64,000 bases of DNA from Klebsormidium nitens (lineage: Eukaryota > Plantae > Klebsormidiophyceae). The stretch lies in contig DF237470.1 of assembly GCA_000708835.1 (NCBI GenBank), positions 1 through 64,000 on the forward strand. The letters run 5' to 3'. How positions within the stretch are numbered: position 1 is the first letter of the stretch; each line of letters begins with the position of its first letter. Shown here in pieces: positions 49,611 to 59,800 of the stretch. Under the pieces are notes generated by a model. That model worked only from the letters and a program-made list of their open reading frames with translations, was not told where the DNA came from and did not search any database. Both the position numbers and the translations under genes were made by a program.

Positions 49611-50052
49611 GAAGTTCCGAAGTTGAAGTCAACAAGCCGCGTCACTCGGTGCATTGACCACGATCACTGCGCATCCTGACGGGGCGTACTATAGTACAAT
49701 AAGCCGGGATCTTGTCCACTCGGACCAAGTTCGGGGCTCGTTCGGGGCGAACTGACAGCCCTAAGTAGGACTTTGAGCAGCGCCGGCAAGCTTGCCGCGT
49801 TTGATTAGATTACTAAGACAACTCGGAGTTCGTCGAGTGAATATTGATCGATGTGCATTGCACCCCATCTGGCATGTTGCGTAAAGAAACTCCTGCAATT
49901 CAATGCGGTACTGAGCAGTGCAGATCGGATCATTCAGTCGTCGCTAACTTGCATCTCGTACGCGTGCCAGAATGCTACCCGAGTACCTCGAAATTGCCCC
50001 AAATCAGTCCGGACTCCGGACCCCGAAAACGTAAGATTAAGGACGCATTGAC

Positions 50053-50799
50053 GTGGTAGGACGGTAATTCAGCCAGAAAAGAGGGTTTCTAGGGTTTGAA
50101 GGGGCGTAACTTGGTCATAACGTGGTCAAATCGAGTCCCGTCTTTTGCATCTTTCGGGGGGGACCAAGGAGGCCCCCTCGAGCACTCTGGGACCACCTCG
50201 AACTCACTGACGACTTGTCGAGGAAAGTCTGAAGTTGAGGAAGTTTGAACATTTACCCCCCTACATGAACCCTTGGCCGTCAGAAAAACGAAATGATAGA
50301 ATTCTCATTGACCCCCCTAAAACTGAATCGGGGCAAGCTGGGATGTCTATCGAACGGTTAAATCACAATATTGACGAAAATGTGCACCGTTAATGGTCAA
50401 AACTCCCAGCTTATATGCTCAAAATGGTTTTTTCTCAGGTTGTTGACCAGGTATGTTCCCCTGGCGGTGCACATTTCCGTCAGATTTTTTTTGGAAAAAT
50501 GTTTTTGACATCCCAGCTTGCCCCGAAGGTGATTTCCTCTTGTTCGAAGGAAATTTATCGTGGCAGTTGACAGGCAGAAAATCCAATGGAAATACCCCTT
50601 TGAACCAGGTTGTTTGGAGTTGGCAGGGTTTCTCAGACTGACCCAAACTACTTCGAGGTGGTTAGAGGAGCTTCGAGAGGACCCCGAGGGTGTCTCGAAG
50701 CCATTGGAGAAGACGAAACCTGATTTGGTTTAGTTTTGAACATTCTATGAACCAGAACGTAAACCAGGGTCAATCCAACCTGAATTACCGTCCTACCAC
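50053..50799. mobile_element. 747-bp fold-back non-autonomous DNA transposon (long TIRs, Mutator-like)
   Basis: Perfect 20-bp termini GTGGTAGGACGGTAATTCAG (50053-50072) / CTGAATTACCGTCCTACCAC (50780-50799). Symmetric inner arms: ~50171-50202/50652-50683, perfect 19-bp 50329-50347/50507-50525, and 50372-50389/50465-50482. Flanks cgcattgac / cgcagtgcg match 6/9 (a possible decayed 9-bp TSD). Confidence 0.85.
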
Positions 50800-50933
50800 C
50801 GCAGTGCGACGCAGTGCGATCTTGTACACTATATCTTTGCCCTCTGGGCTACCGAAAGAAAAGAAAGGTATACCGAAAGAAACCATCTATAAGCTGACCC
50901 TCATATCATGCACTGCATGTACCGTACCTGATA

Positions 50934-51191
50934 TACCGTACCAGCGTTTAATTTCGTTTTTAATTAAATAATCATTTGGGCTGCCGAAAATTTTTGAAAA
51001 AGTATTCATTCGATGACGAAAAGGTCGAATAGAAAAAATGGGCGTTAAAGGCTGGTAATGGTTCGTTTTAGCAGAGGAATGCTACTTTTACGAAATGTTG
51101 GAAATATATAAATCACTCCGCCGAAATGTCAGATCGATTCGAAATTAATTATTTGGCACCCAGACCGACGAAATTAAACGCTGGTACGGTA
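50934..51191. mobile_element. Tc1/mariner (pogo-like) MITE with TA target duplication
   Basis: TACCGTACCAGCGTTTAATTTCGT (50934-50957) and ACGAAATTAAACGCTGGTACGGTA (51168-51191) are perfect 24-bp inverses including terminal TA. The interior is AT-rich and non-coding. Confidence 0.8.
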
Positions 51192-51695
51192 TCATGGGAG
51201 GACATTGCGGGCGCGGGGCGGCCGCCTCGTACTGGTCGTAAGTATACGGTACGTACGGTATACGTACCGGTACCCTAGCGACTAGCTGGTCAGGTTTATC
51301 AGTGGACCATGATTGTGAGCAAAGTTGGCACCGTAGGCAGTACAGCAGTACTACCTACGGGTGGAAGTTACTAGTACTGCAATACTACAGTACCGTAGTT
51401 GTACAGCACTACACAAAAACCATGGCGTCACCCTGAGTGCTATTACCGGTAGTACCGTACACGTTGTGTGGTGAATACCGTATCTTTGGATGCATGCTGA
51501 ATCCTGATCATGTCGATTGAAAGACAGACTGTCACAGGGATATTCTTGGTCACAGTCAACGACGTCGGCGCAGCACTTTCCTCCCCCAGCATGGCGTCTA
51601 CTTTGGGTTGAGAGCTCATTCAGCTGGACTATCAAACCTGTGGGACGTTTATGGGCAAGATCATATCTTACTATATGTATATTGCACATTGAGGT

Positions 51696-52210
51696 GAGAG
51701 CTCAGGCGTTCCCCTTCAGGATGTCCCGCGTTTCGCATTCCTTCGCTGGTTGCATTCTGATTCCCTCGCGATTGCATCAAAACCCTTGCCTGGTTTCTGA
51801 ATCCTCTTTAGCTGTTGAACATTGCAACTAGTCTTTTGGGTCTTGATGATTTGTCAGCAAGAGAGCTCAGGCGTTCCCCTTCAGGATGTCCCGCGGTGCA
51901 TAATGCTGCCAGGCTGCTCGTTTCCTTGCTGGTTGCCTTTTGATTTCCTTGTAATTGCATCAAAACGCTTGCCGGCTACTTGAATCCTCTTCAGCTGCAA
52001 CTATCAATTAGTCTTTCGGGCTTTGAAAATTTGTCAGAGAGCTCAAGCGGTCCCCTTCAGGATCTCCTATGGTGCATTATGTGCGGCTGCCAGGTTGTCG
52101 CTGGTTGCATTTTGATTTCTTCGTGATTGCATCAAAACCCTTGCCTATCTTCTGAATCCGCTTCAGCTGCAATAATGCAATTAGTTTTTGGGCTTTGTTG
52201 ATCTGTCAGC
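51696..52210. repeat. Three diverged tandem copies of a ~170-bp unit, probably inside a 5' UTR intron
   Basis: Units start gagagctca(g/a)gcg(t/g)tccccttcaggat at 51696, 51861, 52037 and share gattgcatcaaaac and tgaatcc..ttcagctg. Candidate intron: GT 51694 to AG 52631. Confidence 0.88.
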
Positions 52211-52651
52211 GAGTATGTGGCATCATATCACTGTTTGAACATCTGCTTTGGATTTGGAGTGGGCCCCCATTCGCGTAACCCGATCCGTGCTGATTAGGCC
52301 GGCCAGGGATACATAAGCTGATCACATGAAGTAACTCCTGTCTTCCTTACATTCATGTTCACATGTACAGGATTTTACTCAATGTGTCTACATTGCGCAT
52401 TTTATGGAGTGTCCAGACTGGAAGAGCAGGCAGGGGAAGGGTGACTGAGTAAGTTGATGACTTAGCTTGCTTCCACCTGTTTGAGTCCTTGCCGCAAGTG
52501 AAATGAAGGAGATCGATACGGATTCTTCAAAAATGCATCGAATGCAACACGATCATAGCATGCTGGATGCAAGTCGAGTTGACTGTGTTGTGTGTCCTTT
52601 CACAAGATGTTGACATGCATTTCGGTTGCAGGTCTTATCCTTCTTGGCACC

Positions 52652-53200
52652 ATGGCTGGCAATGACCAGGCCGGCGTTGACATACAACCTCTATTGCTGA
52701 AGATAGCAGACGGAGAGCTGCTGAGCCCCGAGAAGCAGGCGGAGTTAGATGGCCTCATTCCAAGGGTCTCGGAGTTGCGCCTGGGAAGACTTTACGAGCT
52801 CGAGCTGGATGTGAGGCCTCTGGCAGGGGTTCTAGGCCGAATGGAGGGGCTGACCTTGCTGCAACTAGTTGGAAACAACACTGACTCCGGGGCTCTGACC
52901 GAGGCGGTGGGCAGGTTGTCGAAACTCAGCTCCCTGAGCCTGGTGAAGATTGGGGCCTTAGGCGCAAGGGAGCTGGCGGGTGCGCTGAGCAAGATCACAG
53001 GGCTAGCTTTGCTGGACCTAGCACACAACCACATTGGGGCCGAGGCCGCGAGGGCCCTAGCGGGACCGCTGAGCAAGATTACAGGTCTGACCTCGCTGAA
53101 CCTGAATTGCAACTTTATGGGGGTCGACGGCGCGAGGGCCCTAGGGGGAAGGCTGGGCCAGATGACGGGGCTGACCTCGCTGAGCCTCTCCTATAATGAC
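52652..53200 (+). CDS. Ribonuclease-inhibitor-type leucine-rich repeat region (~5 repeats), N-terminal part of an LRR-patatin locus
   Basis: ATG at 52652 after an acceptor at 52631. 28-residue repeats LSKITGLALLDLAHNHIGAEAARALAGP / LSKITGLTSLNLNCNFMGVDGARALGGR / LGQMTGLTSLSLSYN. The repeat stops abruptly at ~53197. Confidence 0.85.
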
Positions 53201-55163
53201 AAGCGCGCGAAGCGGTGGAGAGGGTCAAGGCACTTCTGTTCTGGGTGTGAGCTGGGTTCAGCGCGAGGGCGAACCGATCGGCGACGAAGTCGATATGCCC
53301 ACTTTCAAGGAGCACAGAAACGTGGAGTGGGAGCGGAAAGGGGTCATCCGCATCCTGAGCATCGACGGAGGCGGGGTGAGGGGTGTTATTCCCGCGGTCA
53401 TACTCGGCAAGCTGAAGGAGCATCTGGGAGGGAAGGAGATCTGGGAGTGCTTCGACGCCGTAACTGGTGAGCGGTTCAAAGTTTCTTGACATTGTCTGTC
53501 AGACGTAACCATTCGAGACGCATACGAAACGGACGGTCTCAGTGAAAAGTTTTGGCGATGGGCTCAGTGCGGACAGCCTGGGGACTCTCGTCTTTCTTTG
53601 GAAGCTTTCGTCCGAGTTGCTGTGCTGCAATGATTCTTCATTGGTTCTTGTTTCTGCGGGCAGGCTGTGGGCTGCCTTTAGAAACATTTATCCAGCCTGT
53701 TCGGCTGGCTTCCTTGTTTCTCTGACTAAGATGCGTAATGTAGTTGCACCTCGAAAGAGCGGCACTTAATGGAAGAACTGGTACTTCCGTCGTCAAGCCA
53801 AGAGTTTTGAGTACCTGTGTCGACGACTTTGAAGACGCCCTGTTCCTTGTGCGGCTTTACAAGTACACCGCTTTTCCTGTCGAATCTGAGCCCATGCGCA
53901 CATGCAGCTATCCAACCTCCTTTCCCTTGAGATTGACCTCCTTTCTCTTGATTATGCCCTGCGGTCGGAATCGCGTTCTCACGAATTGTGTCCGTAAATC
54001 TGGTGAAGCGGTCATACGCTGATTGGCTTGCCTAACACTGAGAAGAGTCATAACGTAGATGGGCCTGCTGGTCCGTTTCCCGATGCTCCACTTTTCCAAG
54101 GAAGGAGAAGCTGAAGCATCGGCCCCACTTCGTCGCTCCAGGCCTGATGACCTTCCCAGCAAAACGTAGCTAGAGCTGGGAGCAACGGATGGATGTTGAC
54201 AAGGAAGTGCTTCGGGGGGCACGGACTGTATCTTACTCACTGATTGTATCTCATTGTCCTTTGTGCGATGCAGGCACCAGCACCGGGGCGATCCTAGCCA
54301 GCATGCTGTTTGCACGGAAGGAGGTGGAGGGCGCCCTGCAGAAGGCTGCCCTCTATAGCCCCGAAGAGGCGAGCGAGGAGTACCTAAAACTGGCCAACCA
54401 GATATTCCCGTCTTCCACCTCCGTCCGTGGATGGAGAAAAGCACTGTGTGGAATTGTTCCTTTGTACTCGGCAGCTCCATTGGAGTCCAAGCTAGTCACC
54501 GCGCTCGGTGAGCAGACGCTTTCGGACACCCTCAAGCCCCTGCTCGTCCCCGCCTACGACCTGCGATCCTCTTCTCTGGTCTTCTTCAGCAGCATGGACA
54601 AGGTCAGGGGTAACCTCCCGCTCAGAGATGTGTGCCGAGCCACGTCTGCGGCCCCGACGTACTTCCCTGCAAAATCTTTGGAGGGCCCAAACCTCAACAT
54701 CCTGGCTATCGACGGCGGTATGGCTGCCAATAACCCCGTGCTACATGGCATGGCACATGTTTTCAAATCGCCCAAGAACTTTCCCGGCCCGGTTGAGAAG
54801 ATGTTAGTGCTCTCGCTGGGGACTGGAGAAGGCGGGCGCGAGAGCAAGGATCGGTCCAAGTTGGCGAGTCGAGGGCGGTTCGGATGGGTGATGCATCTGG
54901 TCGACGTGATGATGGGCGGGACCTCCCACGCGCAGCACCTCTCGGCGAATAAAACGCTCACGGGGGCAAATTACCTGCGGCTACAGGCGGTTGGGCTGTC
55001 CAGGGAAGACATGCGGATGGACCATGGGGACCCGAAGCATCTAGAGAGTCTCAGGAAGAAGGTCGAGCAGCACGTTTGTGTCCAGGAGCACGGGAAGAAC
55101 GTGTACGAGACATGGGAGGATCGGCTGAAGGACTTTGCGGAGAAGCTCCTTGAGGTTCAATAG
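53196..55163 (+). CDS. Patatin-like phospholipase (plant pPLA-II-like), 2 exons, catalytic motifs intact
   Basis: Exons 53196-53466 and 54274-55163 (phase 1). Oxyanion motif ILSIDGGGVRG; nucleophile FDAVTG|TSTG (GxSxG); SAAPTYFP; catalytic Asp IDGGMAANNP; LVLSLGTG; NYLRLQ. The frame is +1 relative to the upstream LRR ORF. Confidence 0.92.
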
Positions 55164-56884
55164 AGAGGCATAGTAGGTCGTTAACTAGAAGGACGTCATG
55201 ATTGTTTGGTAGGCGGCAGCTCTGGTAGTGGCGCTCATTCAATTGTGTAAATTGTGCATGACACTCGTAGGCAGCATCCTCAGAACAGTGCATCGTTGCT
55301 ATTGTTTGTTGTACAGTCCAGTATGCACGGTGTGCATGGTCTTGACTAGCCTGGCTCGCATTGAAGTTGCATCACCTTGTTTGTCAGCCGCCGACAACTT
55401 GAACAACTTGTCATGAGATTTGTCAGATGTTGTGATCTAGAAATTGACCTATTTGAATCCGTCAACCTATATACATGTAGTGCAGAACATCGCACTTTCT
55501 TGAGGGACATGAATGACTGCCCCTCTGCCCCCGGGCCGGCTTATACAATTTACTTTGCCATTTTAAAGTAGATTCAAAGTTGCGTTTTGAGCATGAACTT
55601 TTGAAAACCGTGAACTCCGCCGGAGGCTCGAGCTAGGCAAGCTAATTCAAGTTGTCACTGTCACTGTCCAGCGCCGCCGCGCAGTTGCTTATATATGTTA
55701 TCGTAGCAACATGCAGTGGATCGACCAGAACTTACATGGGACCGGATCAGCTGAGCTGGCGCGCCAATTGAACCTTTATTGTTATGATAATGCTCGGGCT
55801 TGGATATGCATCGGGTATTCATCGGTGTATACGGTATCCGATCTGATGCATGGCCTCAGTCGCTCCAACCGGCCCGCGCGCGCACTGCATATGACTGAAA
55901 GCACTTGCCAGTTGGATCGGATCAAACATTTCATTAAAAATCTCGCTCAATTAAAGTAATGATGCCAGGAGTAATGATATACCACTAGCTGCTTAAAACT
56001 TAATTAGGTACACAGTGACGCTTTACATATTTGAATTTCGACGCCACATTGACAAGTTGCATGGCGCCGGCCAGCGCGCCTGGCTGGCGTCGCGGCCGCA
56101 GTCAAGTGACTGCCTGCCATGCCAGCGGAACACACAATATAACTTCACGAGTCAATCAAACAAGTTTAAGTATTGATTGATCCTCGCAGGCTAGGATGTG
56201 CGACGCACCCCGGGTCAGGGCCCGGTCGACTAGGCTAGCTTTTTGTATGCAGGCCGGCGCGATCATATATTTGCGTTCAATAAGCTAGATGATCGGAAAG
56301 CATGTTTGTATATAGGCGGCGCGTATATGCATCATGCCTGGCCAAGTGCGTTGCTGCGGAAGGCTTGTGTCTCATGAGTTGAACTTGTTACATAAGGCTT
56401 GCGGTCACCGTGTGCCATGGCACACTGATGGAAGGCTTGTGATAGTACAGCCAGGCTGATCATCTGCCTCCACAGATCCGCCCAGCCAGTCGACCACCTG
56501 GCCGAATGATTTCATTGCAGGCTGCCAGACAACGTACTTCTGGTGGCGAGAGGCCTGAAGTAGCTGTTTTAACAATCGTAAGAGAGATTCTCATGGTGGC
56601 GACTTGAACGATGACAGACTAAAGTTTCCTCTGGTTTTATAAGACGCTTCTTGCTGTTACCCAACTACTTTGCGCTTGTACACATTATTGCAGAACGCAC
56701 ATACGAATTGACCAATGAACATCTTTAGACAAACTGTCGTAGCAGTGCACTTGACCTCAACGCTGACCAACCCCCGAAACACTTGACCGTCAACCCTACC
56801 CTACTCTCTCGGACGACTCTTTGACTGTAACCAACATGCGGTCCCCCAGTTCAAGAAACGCCATGTGCTGATGACCGCCTGATG

Positions 56885-59800
56885 TTACTTGTACGGAGCG
56901 CCAGTGTAAGCGGGCGCCCCTGAGAATTGTTGAGCTTGAGGATAGCCGGGTGGTGGGGCGCCATATTGCATCGCTTGAGGGGGGGGTGCTGTCGTGTAAC
57001 CACCCGGGGGTCCGTACTGGGGGGGGTAACCGGGAGGAGCGCCACCATAGCCGGGGGCTCCAGCATAGGGCGGGGGGGCGCCTCCATAACCGGGCGGCCC
57101 TCCTTGAGGATAACCTGCGGCGAAACGCTGTTGAGTCAGAGCAGGCCCCTAAAGATAAAAAGCTACGAACCATCTGCACGCCCGTGTACAAGATAAGTTG
57201 GAAAGAGGTTGCACTGACTGGCAAAACAATCAGTACGCTGTCAGATACAACTTCGCTATCCTGGAATATGATAACGTACATCCGAACGCAAACCTGATGT
57301 TATTGATAAACAGACCTGACATAAAAGTGTGTTAAGAATCTTTGACCCGCTTTAGTTTGCAGGGCATAGTCGAGAAGTCAGGCTGACGGGCCACGGGAAG
57401 TCTTTCAAGTCTGAAAAATCTCGCTGGCCACACCAACGAGGGGATTAGGTTGACGGATATTGATGGAATGACGTCACGACCAAAGTGTAGACCCGCTTGA
57501 GAAGCATATTCATCGGCCGGATGGTCTTGCATAGAAGCGCTGCTGGCCGAACGACCAGCAATCTTTAGGGGCGCGGTACAAAAGCGGACTGAGAAACAGC
57601 TCTTTTCGAACGGACAGCGGGAAGGTTGAGTCGACAAACTCAATTTCTGGGCGAAAAGTGCGTTCAGCGGGAGATAAACGAAGTCTCAAAAACTCAAAAG
57701 CTTTCGAGCAACGCAGCAATAAAAGGGCAGCGATACAAAGATAAGAAAAGGCGTCAGGTGGGCTACTTAGGTATTCGCCTACTTCAACGATCAGGGTGCC
57801 GTTCCTCCTGCACAAAACATTATCCACCACATGCACCGCCAGAGTCCTCTCAGCAGAACGATCAATAAGTGGCCCCGAACGTGAATCACTCTGAAATAAA
57901 ATGCGGAAAGAAACTCTCCATGGGAGCTTGTGTTGCTAGATTACGACGAAATTAACGAGTACATGCTCTGACTAAGGCACGACTGCAGACGTATGTTTTC
58001 ACTTACCGGGGGGTCCAGTCTGGTAGCGGTTCATCTCCTGCACCTGAGGGGCGCGAAGGGGCTGGATGCCCTGGGCAGCGAACTTGCCATCGCGCTTGTC
58101 GAGCTCAACCTTGTGCTGAGTCTGCGGAACAGGAAAGGAGCGGGAGTAAGCTTCAGCGGTTTCGGATACAGAGAAGGGTGGAGGGTTGAGGGGGCCAAGA
58201 GGTCATATTCTCGTCAAACAAAAGAAGTAGAGAAGGGGGTGGGAATAGGACTGAAAGTGCCTCAAAACCAGGGATTTTGAGCAGAAGGTGGGAGAGGGGA
58301 AGTTAGAAAGCGGTGAATGCAAGAAGGCGGGAACGCGACCTGAAAATCTTTCGAGTGCGAAGGAAAGAGAGGTTCAGCCCCTCCGCATCGAGAGTTGCCA
58401 TGCGAAACAAGCTCGTGCCTGGTCTGCGGAGCGGGAAAGGACATAAGAACTTTGTGGTTTCGACAGCGACTGAGGAACTTAAGTAACATCATGGTAACAT
58501 GCGATTATCGAACGAGACTGAAGAAAGAAGTTTCAGACAGGACCGAAAAAAGGGTGACAAATATCACAGCCCCAGGTCCGGGACTCGCCGTTGGGGTTGC
58601 CTTTTTGTGCTGGGCCCAGAACAACTCTTGAAAGGGAAAAAAATACATGTGAGACCTCGTTTTTTTTTGGAATGAGGTTTCTGAAAGCCGAAGGTGACAA
58701 GTGGTGGCGATCCTTAAGCGGCTGTGAATTCAATTTGCCAGCCAGCCTTGAGCGGGGTGCGCGCAGGTTCAGACGAAAGGGGGTGATTGCAGGTGTGAAA
58801 AATGCCGGATCAATTAGCGGGTCAGAAAGGTACCCCGAGACTAACGCCAAGCTTGTGAACTCGGCAGCGGCTTACTGAAGGGAAACATGTGTTTCATTGC
58901 TTTCGAGCATGTGGAAAAGAACGGAGGATGACACCAGAACAATGAAACGGCTTACAAGCTGAGTATTCAAACAATCAGTGTCAGTGGTTTCAGAATGGCG
59001 GGCTTCCTAGGCAGAGAGAAACTGCCCGGGCTGTGGACCTGGGTGTGTGCACCAGTGCCAGAGTACACTTTCTAAACAAGCGAGCGAAGTTGCATCTCGA
59101 TAAGAAGGGCTAAACACCCAGACTCAAGTCTGCGAGGATGGTGGATAGTGACTTTGTACTTGGACTGTTGGAAAAAGTTGGCTGCCTCGCCTGATTCGCC
59201 TCGAAACAGGTCTTCTGATCACTCCAGCCCCCAGCTCTATATCGAAAACACAAGCCGTAACAAGAAACAGACTCAGGAAAAAATTCGGTTACCTGCTTGT
59301 GAATGCAGACGGAGTCAACGAGATTAATGCACAACGAGAAAGAAAAGGTCGACGACGGGAGGAAAAGCAGAAGCGGAACCGGAAGCTGACGCGGAAGCGA
59401 ATCAGGGACGGCGAGAAAGCGGGACTCGCCTGCATGCAGGCGCAGACGGAGCAGTACACGAGGTCGGAGATCCAGCTGATGCAGTTGGCGAGCTCCTGCA
59501 GGTCTTCGCTGCCGAGCAGGCACGCTGCAATCTGGCACAGGCACGCCAGGTACTGCAGGAAGAACATCGTAGCCTGCAAAAGGAAACAAAAGGGGTTTGT
59601 TCGTCTTCTTGCCCTGGATTCCTAGTCGACATATGGCAGGCTCCTGCAGGTCCTCGCTGCCCAGCAGGCATGCCGCAATCTGGCAAAGGCACGCCAGGTA
59701 CTGCAAAAAGAACATCGTCGCCTGCTTAAACAAACAACGTGATTTCGTTTGTTTATAAGATAATAAGTATCATATAAGATTTGGCGAGCAAACATCCTCC

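Noticed and set aside
52592-52651. Signal-peptide-like N-terminus of ORF 52592-53470
   Set aside because: It begins at a GTG in probable intron sequence upstream of the AG at 52631; the first ATG after that acceptor is 52652.
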